DNA from: Octopus bimaculoides
Taxonomy: Eukaryota
DNA length: 64,000 bases
Reading direction: 5' to 3'
Assembly (NCBI RefSeq): GCF_001194135.2
Contig: NC_068984.1
Span: 49,739,009 to 49,803,008, forward strand
This document shows, piece by piece, positions 36,850-49,317 of this stretch. The notes below the pieces were generated by a model. The model had not been told where the DNA came from, searched no databases, and saw only the letters and a program-made list of their open reading frames with translations. Position 1 is the first letter of the stretch, and every line of letters starts with the position of its first letter. The position numbers and the translations under genes were made by a program.

Positions 36850-37310
36850 TGTAGGCAAGCTTATAAGCGCTGAGATAACGACAGGTGCTTGGTGGAGTAA
36901 GTATGGATATACAAGTTCTCAGGATCTTGAAAGGATACAGAGACATTACAGAGGTGTGCACCGTCGTGGGTGCAGAAATAACGTCATAACTACACATTTG
37001 GCAGTAAGGGCAATTTCAGAGTTTTCTACTAGGAGTCGAAATACAAAATAAAAGGGCAGTAGAGGCTGCAACAGACACAACAAGACTCAGAATCTTCACC
37101 AGTTGCAGCTTCAGAAACAGTGAATAAGGTCGCTTCGGCCTGTTACAGGAAGCAACGAATGAAACCGACAACGAAATTCATCAGGGAGTTGGAGACGAAG
37201 AAGTCGAGTCTCTTCCATTGGGGCCTGGCTATTGTCTTTAGTTATCGGGGGTTAAAAAAGAAACTGAGAAAGGATGGCCAGCTGGAGGGAAGACCAAAAC
37301 AGAAATAAAT
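36850..37310 (+). mobile_element. Possible very old LINE (APE endonuclease region) fragment
   Basis: GC-richer island with weak, frameshifted resemblance to RTE-type endonuclease motifs (MDIQ..EV..RG..; F.VF; VNKV). By-eye only. Confidence 0.25.
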
Positions 37311-39117
37311 TTCCCAGTCAGAAATGGTGAAAGATTCAGAAAGAAAATCATACCTTACTGAGGTACTCGACTTTACAGTGAATTGAAAGCGAAACAGTCA
37401 CATGCGCAATTTGATGCATTATCTGAAGGATAATCAACTAGTTAATATGTTAATTGGACACTAAATACAAGATGGACATTAACCCCACGAAAATGGCGTT
37501 ATTGGTGGTCTACTATCGTTCAAGGGATAATAACTCTGAGGATGTTTAGCACGCTGCGGCTCGCCGATTCAAAAGATAATAGACACTTAAGGATATACCA
37601 AGATATAGATCGAGTGGGAGCTGATGGAAGCACTGATCTATGATTTGTGTGTGTGTGTGTGTGTAACTAGTCTATACGTCTATTTGTATGAATTGTTTTA
37701 CGAGACATTACACATAATGAATATGTAATGTCTTTGCTCCACCTCTACTTTCTATGCAGTTGTATTTGTGCAACATCACATGTCCTGTAAGTCAATTTTG
37801 TAACGAGTTTTGTATACTAGGGGAAAATAAATAACAATATCAGTATATAGATATGATAATCGCAATTCTTATTCACATCGTATATTCTATTATATTCATT
37901 TTTATGATAGGAAGCTTTGCTCTCTGTATCATGTATAATATATCTAGACGAGGTCAGACTGCGAATTTGATGGATAACCGTAAGTGCATGTGTGTAGACG
38001 CACTTGTATGCATACTTGTCTATGTCCAAGTATAAATATGAGCCTATGGTAACGTGAGGAGTATTCAAAACGTTAGCAAAATCGTTAGAACAACGGACAA
38101 AAAGCAGCAATACTTAGTTTACAACGGTTTGCGTTCTAAGTTCAAATCTCACCGCCATCAACATTAGTTTCAGTTCTTATGGGATCAAAAATAAATCAAG
38201 TAAGAACTGTAGTAGACTTAATATTCCTATGAAATAACTTGCGTGTGAAAGCAATTATAATAAAAGACATAGAATGATTTTGGAAAGGAAACTGTACAAA
38301 CATTGAGGGCAGAGCTCCCTAAGTGTCGAACTGTTTTGCGCAGGTTCAGGCTGTTAAGCCGTCGACAGCTTTAGTTTAACAAGTCTGACATCGTAAAGTA
38401 AGAACAGCACACAGACAGAAAATATCTACAGGCATACCTTGCGTTACGCATGCATTACGTTCCTCAAATTGGTGTGGAAACGCGGAATTCTGTAAGGCAA
38501 AACCTAATTTCTCACTGATTTACCAGGTTATACAACGCTTCCATAAAGCAAGGGATGCCTGAATTTGTTGCTTCGGTGCACTCATTGCAGCAAAGAGTCA
38601 TAATAGCTTTATTGATGTGCCATTACTTTTTAGCTTTAAATTAGCAGTGATTCGTGTACTAGTATCTTAATGCACGTGTATGCGAACGTCTTAGTTGTGC
38701 TTTAACCTTGGATCTGTTCCTCAATGAGCAGATGCATGGACTGACGACATTCTAACTATTCTTGTCTCGTCCACGTCTTTTTTTTTTCTTTTTTGTCCGT
38801 GTATGTATAATTATAATTCAGCATGTCCGTCCAGTAATAAAAAAAAAAGTAAATGTTTGAATACGATACGAAGTCCATCCGGCTGCTATTTCTAACAGGT
38901 CAAAAGACCACACAGAGAATTTCTTGTTAGCTCGTGTGACTAAATACCATTCGTACATCTATCAAAACATTCTTTCACTTCAAAAATGAATAATTTTTAT
39001 GATTCTGAAAAATACCAGATGCAAATATAGATTCGTTTCTGATTTTAAGCAGAGGCTGGTGGATTAGTTCTCAACGGAGACATTACTATAGTCATCTATT
39101 TTTTGAAAATCAATATT

Positions 39118-39328
39118 CTTTTCTACTCTAGGCACAGGGCCCGAAATTTCTTTATTGGGGGGGGGGCAGTCGATTAGAATGATCTCAGTACGCAACTGGT
39201 ACTTAGTCGACCCCGAAAGGATGAAAGCAAAGTCGACATCGGCGGAATTTGAACTCAGAACGTAAACGCAGACGAAATACTGCTAAGGATTTCGCCCGGT
39301 GTGCTAACGTTTCTGCCAGCTCGCCGCC
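39118..39328 (-). mobile_element. SINE family B, full length, with 19-bp TSD
   Basis: TSD ttttttgaaaatcaatatt at 39099-39117 and 39329-39347. Confidence 0.93.
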
Positions 39329-39870
39329 TTTTTTGAAAATCAATATTAATAAACTGAGAAAATGATTTATAAAGAATGATTCAAAAATGATGATGTCTCA
39401 AAAGTTATGAGACGAGGAGAATGCGTTTAGATGTTCCGACGAAATTTTGGTACTTCATAATAGTCTGTACCTTTAAGAAGTAGATGAAGAATGGATATAA
39501 GTTTTTGAGTGTTCTTATATGGACAAAGCTACTTTTCTACGACAGAATATTATTCTGAGAAAATGATAAATTATACGAATAAAAAATGTCTAATGCCTAC
39601 AGTGATTTTAGGACGATGTATTGATGACAAAAACCTTAGCAACGCAAAATGTTAATCTGTGCCAGTCAACAATTTAGAGAGAGAAAGGAAGGAAGAGAGA
39701 GATAGAGGTGAGTGTGAGTATGTGTGTAAAAGAGATCGCAAAACGGAAAGAGAGATGGGGACTAAAAGAGAGAGAGAGGGAGAGAATAAAGAGAAAAAAA
39801 ACTACAAATTTCAGTCTATAGTTGAATATGCAGTTACCAAGTGGAAGCTATCGATTCGCCAGCTGAAAAA

Positions 39871-39940
39871 TTCTTAATCTAACAGTAACAAACTTTCCTA
39901 AAAGGTCTTTTAGGAAAGTTTGTTACTGTTAAATTAAGAA
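39871..39940. other. 70-bp near-perfect palindrome/hairpin (34-bp arms, 2-nt centre, 1 mismatch)
   Basis: ttcttaatctaacagtaacaaactttcctaaaag-gt-cttttaggaaagtttgttactgttaaattaagaa. Confidence 0.95.
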
Positions 39941-40099
39941 AAGTCGTGCTTAATCGAGAAGACTTTTCGTTGTAATGTCATCAATGCGCTGCAGGAGTAC
40001 AACGCATGATGACGACGAATGTGGCTTACCTGATGATGAACCATGTCTCATGTGGCCCGCTTCTCGAAAAATTTTGCCCATGTCTGCTCTAGAAGTATA

Positions 40100-40312
40100 T
40101 TCTTTACTACTCTAGGCACAAGACCCGAAATTTGGGGGGAGGGGTCAGTCGATTAGATCGACCCCAGTACGCAACCGGTACTTAATTTATCGACCCCGAA
40201 AGGATGAAAGGCAAAGTCGACCTCGGCGGAATTTGAACTCAGAACATAAAGTCAGACGAAATACCGTTTAGCATTTCGCCCAGCGTGCTAACGTTTTTGC
40301 CAGCTCGCCGCC
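40100..40312 (-). mobile_element. SINE family B, full length
   Basis: Nearly the same sequence as 39118-39328. Confidence 0.92.
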
Positions 40313-41137
40313 TTTGCACTAGAAATATTATGAAAGGTGGAAACATTCTGCCCGTCATGTAAAAATTATGAAGATGCAAATGTTTAAAACTAAATCTAAC
40401 GCTACGTGCCAAAACCCCCGGCTTCACCCCAGGCCTCACCCTTGAAGCTTAAAGAGCATATATTTACTTTTCCTTTTTCATGCTGAGATTGATTTCTGCG
40501 CAGAGAAGGTAAGTCGTCTATTAACATGTTCTTTGCAGCTACTTTTCGAGAGAAGATACCAAGGAGGTAAGTGCATGGTGTTAAATTTAGCTTAAACATT
40601 TGCAACCTCATTATTAATTTTCAGGATTGTGAAGGGTATTTCTGCTTTGATAATTTGTCGTAAAGATATGAGAGCGATTAAACTAATAACATGGTGGTAG
40701 TCTGCTATGAGTTGATCTTATTCAATAACACCTCTCAGATCCCCTCCTGTAGCTTAAGTATAATGAATTAGTAAGTAGCAAAAATTATGGTCACAAGTAA
40801 TTCAAGCGTCCGCTCAATATAATGTCCAGATTTTATAAAATCTTGAATCTTCATTTATTGAAAGTTCGGTACTGTATAAGCATGGTACAATTCCAAATGA
40901 CAATAATTCTTAACTTACACACAGGGCCATACATATAGTGTAGTCCTTTGAATTGTCTCCTGCATACCTGAGTGTTAAAGAAATTCACTTTACAAAGTTG
41001 TTCCTGAGTTTCATTCCAATATGCAGTGCATGGGTCTTTTATTATAGCTTTGTGTTGGTCAATTTTGGTGAGTGGAAATTAAATGGAAACTGTACGTGGC
41101 CCATCGCACGCGGGGATGGTGTGTGTGTATATGTATG

Positions 41138-41182
<45 letters not shown>

Positions 41183-41479
41183 TTTCTGTTGGTGATGCAT
41201 ATCAATGGAAGATGTAAACCTCAGCTAAAAATCCGGTGCCTCTGTGCCTTCGAAGGTAAGTTTTCTGTGAAATTTGTCCTACCGAGTCGCTTAGAAAATG
41301 AGAAACTCATTACCAACGAGGTTATTGTTCATAATAAGCGGTATAAAATTCAAAATAAAATAAATTCCATAAACTAAGAAAGGCATAGTTGACGGCAAGA
41401 TTTCAACTAAGACCGTAAATTGACATAGCTAAACACTACAAAGCATTTGATCCAGTGTTCCATTGACTACCATCTAACA

Positions 41480-41685
41480 GCAGTTTTAATACAAGGCCAC
41501 CAGTGTTTTGAGGGGAGGAAGAAGTTGATTACATTGACTCCAGTGCTAGTTGATACTTATTTTATCAACCCAGAAAGAGTGAAAGGACAACATCGACCTC
41601 AGCGGAATTTGAACTCAGAATGTAAAGACAAGAAACACCGCTAAACATTTTGTCAAACGTGACAACGCTCCGCCAGCTCGCCGCC
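41480..41685 (-). mobile_element. Diverged SINE family B
   Basis: ttttatcaacccagaaagagtgaaagg..cgacctcagcggaatttgaactcagaatgt..ccagctcgccgcc. Confidence 0.8.
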
Positions 41686-42303
41686 TTAATACTAATAGTA
41701 ATAATAACTGACAATAGTTTTGATGAGCAACATAAATGTCAGTGATGTATTCAATTCACTAAGTCACCTTGAAATTTGCGACTCAAATCTTTGTAAGAAA
41801 TCAATAACGATGATATTCATGAAACTGGTACAAATAGTATTATTATTGTTTAGCTCCTTGCAAAGCCCTGGCGGATTAAACACATAATAAAAACACTTCC
41901 AGTTATGGCAGTCTCGTCTTATTGTTTAGACAATTTATCAAAGACTATACTATGTAATTTTTATTTTTTTAACACGGTAGTTATTTTAATATGGCCTGGC
42001 CACACAAATATAATACGATGATTCAATCATTTGCAAGAGTCAGAATTATAACGAATTATAACGAAGTCCAAGTATATAAAAAAAAAAAGATTTAAAAGGT
42101 TTAGTTTTTTTAATGTAATCTTCAATAAGAAATAAATACATTGACGATGATCAGAAATAGGTGAATCAAAGTTAGCATATATGTGTCTTCGTTTTCGTAT
42201 TTGGTTTGCAAGATTCATGTATTGAAACAAATCTTGCTTCGTCTTTGGGTCATTACGCCAATAATAATGAACACAGGCACTGTTTCAATTTCACTTCTGT
42301 ATC

Positions 42304-42492
42304 GTTAGTAAATCAGTTAAATATCAAACCAACTAACTAATTGACCGTTTGTTTAACATGTTAGGGCATGTCACTGATAAGGTCACGATCAGCTTCATTA
42401 GATTTTTACAATCAAACGATTGACTGTTTAACCACCACATTAAAGAAACGATCGATTAGTTATTTGGTTAGATATTTAACTGATTGACTAAC
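42304..42492. repeat. Imperfect ~57-bp inverted repeat flanking a ~75-bp spacer (MITE-like foldback)
   Basis: gttagtaaatcagttaaatatcaaaccaactaactaattgaccgtttgtttaacatgt versus the reverse complement of 42437-42492 (gttagtcaatcagttaaatatctaaccaaataactaatcgatcgtttctttaatgt). Confidence 0.8.
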
Positions 42493-43474
42493 AAAAAAAA
42501 AATAGTGATAATTAATCAATGCGCGTGTTTATTATTACTGGCATAATGATCATACCAGGACATAACGCGTTGTTTTTCTATTAATAAACATGACAGACAA
42601 ATCTTCATGATTGTCTTAAATATTCTTTTCCTGGTTACTCAAATATAAATTAAACCTTTGGTTTTCTTTTGAAGCTATACAGATAGCCTATAGGAGTGGT
42701 GGTGATAATATAGGCCCATTGGTAAAAGCGGGTATAGAGACATATCCTTTGGTGGTCTAAAATCATAAAAAGGTTATGAACCCTACATTGAGAGACGATA
42801 TAGTCTTCCAGCACTGGAAAATTTAATGTTAAGGATGTGTGAGTGTGTGCGCGTAAGTGTGCGTGTGAATGTCAAGGATAGGGAAAGATGAGGAAGAGAG
42901 AAAGAGCATCATCTTTCAGTACACCGGAAGTTCTACTTATCACGCTTATCATTGACGTGTTAACGCCAAAGAAGCTACTGACATGTCGCTGAAGTACATT
43001 AAAAGACTAACTATTGAAAAGGTTGCAAGACGCAACGAAAATTTTAGAAAAACAAAAAAAGAAGTAAGTGGAAATTTTACTGGTGAGTGTGTTAGATTAT
43101 AAAACACCAAAAGAGAATGACTCTCCCCAGACACAACAGAATATTTATCAACATTTAACCGACTAATTAACGAAACAACGAGGAAACCACTATGCAACAG
43201 AACCCACTGCTAGTATTAACATCCAAGACTTCTTTAAATATCACTGCACTGTCTTCAAAATGGACGTGCGTGGGTGTGTGGTGTTAGTCTTGAATATATT
43301 TGGAGAAAAGCAGGTCACGGCTGAAATGCTGTCCGATCAGTAAGAATTAGACACAAATGGTCAATTACTTCTCATGGATGAAACCGGAAAACAAAGGATG
43401 CTCCAAAATATAGTTTATAATTGAGATCAGGCGATCCCTACTTTCCCTACTTACGCATGGTCATCACCGGAATC

Positions 43475-43683
43475 TACGAGGGGATGCTGAAAAGTTCCTG
43501 TCATGAATGACCTGGTTGGAGGCCCAGCCTTCCGAGTTCTTTTAGAGGGCTTTGAAACACTGAAGGACCGCGACAATAAGTGTATGAATCTGAGAGGGGA
43601 ATATGTTGAATAAAATCATAATTAACCAATTCTCCTGTATTTTCTTTTACGCAAAGCTAGGAACTCTTCAGCACCCCGTCGTA
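43475..43683 (+). mobile_element. Mariner-derived non-autonomous element (~205 bp) with both TIRs, TA TSD and transposase C-terminus
   Basis: TA-CGAGGGGATGCTGAAAAGTTCCTG ... CTAGGAACTCTTCAGCACCCCGTCG-TA. Internal LEGFETLKDRDNKCMNLRGEYVE* matches the mariner ..KC....GEYVE terminus. Confidence 0.9.
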
Positions 43684-44871
43684 TAGGCGTATAAGAAAAA
43701 ATACTGGACAATAAAACATATGCACACCGTTACGCTGCACCATTTACAACTAATAGCAGCATGTATGCTTCACAGACTGTCAAAAATAAACAGATCTATG
43801 GGTTGCGCTGATTTTCAGCCATCCCCCAAGTAAAAATTACTTTGCTTGTTTTTTTTTTTACATCCATCCTTAAAAATCTAAACTATGATAATAAATGTTG
43901 CTTACTCGCAGATCATACATCATTTGAATGACTTCGTTTTGAATATTTAATAGTTAAATTCTTCAATTGTGTTCTTAAACTTTTGCCACAGTAGAATTTG
44001 AACTGAAGATATTTTATTGCTATCTCTACCAAGTTGAGCGATCATGTAGATACAACCGCGTTCGCTTCACCTTAACTGTTTTGTAGTATGCACAGTAGGA
44101 AAGATGTTTAATATTTATTGATACGAATTCTTCTGCAATTCCTAAGAAACGTTTATTACAGAGCCAAGTTTCATTTATGATTCAGCTGTATAAGAACGCA
44201 TTTTTGTCTGCAAAGAGCTCATACTTGTATTATAGTATGAGTGTGTGACTTTTTTTTTGCGTTTTTGATTTATATAGATTATTGCCTTCACAAAAATAAT
44301 TATATCATTATTATTATCATTATTATTACTATTATTATTAAACAATGCTATGTTTTGTTATGAAATGAAACGATCGGCGCAAATCACCTTGTATAAAAAA
44401 AATAACCCTTTACCTCTTTTTCATCTCCCCAAACAGCATTTGTTGACATTACTATTGGTTTGTAATATAAACCCAAGATAAACAAAATAGTAACGCAAAA
44501 AAGAGGGCGTAATGGCATTGACAGTAAATATTATTGTTAAGTATAACAGAATGTGTGTTGTTTCTAGGTTCTATAGGCCATTAACTAGCACAGTTGGAAT
44601 GTTATGACACGAAACAGATTTCGGACAGATTACATCAGTTTATAGGTGATCCTAGGGTGAGGTTCACTCATGAGTTGTGCGTGAGAGAGAGAGAGAGAGA
44701 GAGAAAGAGAAAGAGAGACATTACTAGTATTGGGTGCGTGCCAGTCACACTTTATTTAGCAGTGGTTGTATGCGTATGCGCGTGCACCCGACATTATCGA
44801 TGGTTGTGCGTGTAGGCTCGCGCCAGACATAAACTGGGGTTGTGTGCGTTACCAATGATTATGTATGTACT

Positions 44872-45257
44872 GGAGGCGCAATGGCCCAGTGGTTAGGGCA
44901 GCGGACATGCGGTCATAGGATCGCAATTTCGATCCCCAGACCGGGCGTTTTGAGTGTTTATTGAGCGAAAAGACCTAAAGCTCCACGAGGCTCCGGCAGG
45001 GGATGGTGGCGAACCCTGCTGTACTCTTTCACCACAACTTTCTCTCTCACTCTTACTTCATGTTTCTGTTGTGCCTGTAATTCAAAGGGTCAGCCTTGTC
45101 ACACTGTGTCACGCTGAATATCCGAGAACTACGTTAAGGGTACACGTGTCTGTGGAGTGCTCAGCCACTTGCACGTTAATTTCACGAGCAGGCTGTTCCG
45201 TTGATCGGATCAACTGGAACCCTCGACGTCGTAAGCGACGGAGTGCCAACAACAACA
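44872..45257 (+). mobile_element. SINE family A, full length, with 11-bp TSD
   Basis: TSD atgtatgtact at 44861-44871 and 45258-45268. Confidence 0.95.
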
Positions 45258-45905
45258 ATGTATGTACTACAGTTTACGTATCTAAGTAAGACACATTAGC
45301 AGTGGTTGTTTAATGTGAGGTACGTTACCAGTAATTGATTATCGTAGTGAGATACACATACCTAATGCTCGCGTATCAGTTGTCAGTGATTTTGCTTTAC
45401 CTTGCCTACAAGGATGTAATTTACTGATCATCATAATTATGTATGAAATGTGGAATGGGCAATTAACCTTTACCTTCACAGCTCATTTCAGTTATTGTAT
45501 ATAGAGAATTCGAAATGAGACGCAAGCTGCACTTTAGGGCGGATTAACCAGTTTGTGAGTTCGATTCCTCATTACCCACCTCCCTAACAACTTTCATCAA
45601 AAGGATTAGATTATATTAAATATGTCAAACTGGAAAGTAGATTAATAAGAATAATAGTTTCTAATTTTGGCACAAGGGCACTAATAAATCATTACCACAC
45701 ACACATGTACGAGTTAATACCGAAGCATCCATGTGGTTATTCGGACTGCTTACAATAGTAACCAAATCTCCCTCAAATAAAAAAAGAAATGAAATGTTGA
45801 AACAAAGGGATAGACAAATGAAGAGAAAAATAGACAGAAAATCTTTCATTATAGGTTTGCTCGATCAGTGTTGACCTGAGCTCAACAGATCACCACTACA
45901 CAGAC

Positions 45906-45937
<32 letters not shown>

Positions 45938-46085
45938 ACAAATGATATATGAGCATATGCATGTATACATATATGTACATACCTACATCTACATGTATAT
46001 ATAGATGCATATCCGAGTACAGGACGTCAGAAAAGGAACGGGAACATAAAGTACAAAAACAGACTTTTTTTTACAGACAACAGAA

Positions 46086-46121
<36 letters not shown>

Positions 46122-46446
46122 CCGCCACATAAAGCTCGTTGATGAGCTTTTGCTAGCCTTGCCGTAGCAGATAACGAAATGACTGTTATAACGATAGAAA
46201 GTGGTTCTGCTGGCGATGATTAGTGTTGGTGATAATGTTTTGCAGTCGATAGTGAACATCATAGGTATTTTATTATTTAGATAATTTGAGCTTCACAAAT
46301 GTTGTAGAGTAGGAAGCTCACAGAGATTAAGTTTACTTTTTAACCAAAGGAATCAATACTGGAGGCTATTGACAGTTCGTACTTATGTCTTGTTCCGGTA
46401 AGATATTAATAAATAAATGAAAGAAAAAGCGTCTCACCGAGGTCAA

Positions 46447-46630
46447 AGGCGGTGAATCGGCTGACTCGTAAGATAGTCGGACTAAAATGCCTTGTGTTGT
46501 TCAAATCCTGTCGAGGTTAACTTAACATTTCAATAATCTGGGTTCGATAAAATAACGAGCAATCTAGTACTGGGGTAAATAGTATCGACTAACCTTTCAA
46601 ACTGTTAGCCTTGTAATAAATTTGAAACAA
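46447..46630 (+). mobile_element. Old SINE family B
   Basis: aaggcggtgaatcggc..ttcaaatcctgtcgaggt..ctagtactggggt..gccttgtaataaatttgaaac. Confidence 0.65.
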
Positions 46631-48440
46631 TTTTGGGCGGGAATGATTGTGCTAAAATGGTAGATAGGTAAACATATGTACGTTATCGTAGTTGTTTGGC
46701 TCAAGATCAATCGTGTGTGTGTGTGTGTGTGTGATTGCACCTGCTTGTACGAGTGCACGCACAATGCTGTGTGCAATCTTCTGTTGATGTTCAGTGTGTC
46801 ATCTCAATTAAAGCTAACCCGTTGGGCCTATTATTGACAAGGGCCCGTTCATTTCTTTGTAGAAATCAGAAAACAAATGACTTGTTGATGCGAGCTTATG
46901 TCTTCCAAACAAAATAATTCATGGGGTGCACGCAAAAGAGCGAGAATTAAGACTAACGTATCTGTTCATTCTTCATACGTTGTGGTAGATTCGGACGTGA
47001 ATATCTGATCGCTGCTGTTTACTCATCATTGAAGAACACCTTCTCCGTTTAGACGATGTATTCATAACATACGCGATTCACCGGTTATATGAGGCTTGTA
47101 TCAGATAACCAGGAACAGTCTTAGGTGGGTTAATTTCAAAAGTGTTAGCACTCGTACTTACCAAACTGATTAATATCAAAACAGCAGACATTGGGCTAAT
47201 GCGTTTTTTTCTTTCAAACTGTTCGTATTTCTAAAAGGAAATTTGGGGCTCAGCACATGAAATACGTTAATACTAGCTTAACTGTACGTGTGGTAACTAG
47301 AATTATAAACAATTGCGTAGCAGGATTCATCCGAGTAGTTTTATGTTGAAATGACTGCCCATTAATAGCTGAAACCGTAAACCCATGGCAGCGTCTACCA
47401 ACATTTGTAGGTTTTCATACGGAAACATGCATAATTTTCTGTAATAATGTGTGTGTGTGTGTGTACGTGTACGCAAAAACGTACGTACATGTAGTTGCGA
47501 GCACGTAAGTGTGTACATCGATGTGCGTGATTTCATGCGTGCGTATGTATGGGCGTACGTGTGTGCAGCTGCATGTGCATGCGGAGATATATATGTATAT
47601 GGTTCTTTTCTTTCTTTTCATCATGATACAGAAGCTTTTTTCTTTTCACGTTTTTCTTGTTCTCGTGGTTTATGCGGTAAATCCTTCACAGCTTTGGGTG
47701 ACATAACGAAAACAGGCAAAAAGTAAAAAATGCACTTTTGGTCAGACACCTGATGTATCTGACCGAAAAAGCATCTTTTCTTTCTTTTTGCCTATTTTCG
47801 TTATGTCATCCAAAGCTATGAACGATTTACCGCATAATCGACAAGAATAAGAAAAACATATGTATGTAGCAAAAATATATTAGGTATGCATGTGTGGAAG
47901 AGGCTAAAAGTATGACTACATATAGCACCACTGATTCAGTAGGAGACAAATCGCAGAAAATATCTTTTCGACTTTGATAACTTCTGTGTTGTGTAATATT
48001 AGTCACCAGCAAACTAATTAAAGTTGAAAATTCTCGACGTGTCCAGGTTTAGCAATACGACTCAAGATCAAGTTGAATGATAAGATACTATAATGAAGAA
48101 GTTATTCCTATGACGAAACGCTGGGTTTCCAGCATGCACACATTATATGCACACACACAGACGTTCGCACATTGTAACGATTAACAAGCTAATTTTATGT
48201 TGCATAATGTAATAATTCGTTCTATTGTTCCAGTATGAATATAATTTAGTTTCATGCATTTATTTAAATATGAAGTGTAGGAAGGCCTGTGCTGTGTACG
48301 TATGTGTACGAGTAAAATCTATCAATCTGAAGTAAAATTTCCTCATTCATAATTTCTATAATATTATCTGATGTAGCTACAACTACTGAAAAGTTATGAG
48401 ATCAAGTACTTTGCTAATGTGCATGCACACATTATTGTTA

Positions 48441-48830
48441 ATGCGGCAAGCATGCTAGACAAAATTCTTAGCTGCATTTCGTCCGTCTTTACGTTCTGAG
48501 TTCAAATACCGACCGAGGTCTACTTTGCGTTTCATCCTTTCAGGGTTGATGAAATAAGTACCAGTTGAGCACTGGGGTCGATGTAGTCAATTTAGCCTCT
48601 CCCACGAAAGTTCAAGCCTTGTGCCTGTAGTAGAAAGGGTCGGCCAAAATCTTTAGCAGTATATCCTCAAGCTCTTAACATTTTTAGTTCAAATTCTGCT
48701 TAGGTCGACTTTCATGATCTCAGTTTCGATAAAATAAATACCTGTCAAGTACTGGGGTCGATGCCATCGACTCATCCTTTCCTATAAAGATGAGAACTTT
48801 GTGCCAAACTTTGAAACATTATTATTATTA
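48441..48830 (+). mobile_element. Two SINE family B copies head-to-tail (about 48441-48638 and 48639-48830)
   Basis: Motif set gagttcaaat / ggtcgacttt / gtactggggtcgatg / cttgtgcc occurs twice in succession. Confidence 0.8.
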
Positions 48831-49271
48831 TTATTATTATTATATTATTATTATTAATAACTGGAACTTTACAAGTCGAAAATTTGTTCCACTAATTATA
48901 CAAAAGTAAATACAGCAAAGCATGATGGTTCTCGTATATTTTAGTAAGGAACCACCCTAAAACTCCATATCTTCTTACTCTCCTGCTTTGCTATATGTAT
49001 GTACGCATGTATTTATAAATTGTAATGAGAGATTGGATAAGCCTTTGCAATTATATATTTCATTACATGTTATATAATTTGTGTGTGTATGTATTTTACA
49101 CCGAGAGAAAGAGTCCACTCAAAGGTATATTCGTGAGTCAATGTTTATGCTAGGATTAGTGCTGTTTGTACTGTTTAATTTCAGATAGGCTTTTGATCAA
49201 AGGCATTCTAACCAAGACCATCCCATCTTTTTCTATCGGCATTGGGTAATATGGCCCGGGTTACAAAATCT

Positions 49272-49317
<46 letters not shown>

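Noticed and set aside
40025-40090. CAG|GTAAG donor and CTGATGA word suggesting an exon or hammerhead
   Set aside because: There is an in-frame stop five codons upstream of the donor, no closable hammerhead stems, and the adjacent sequence looks like a hAT MITE end (tttgcccatgtctg).
44872-44945. tRNA genes at SINE heads (families A, B and C)
   Set aside because: They have A/B boxes but continue into SINE bodies with tails and TSDs; no complete cloverleaf is evident.
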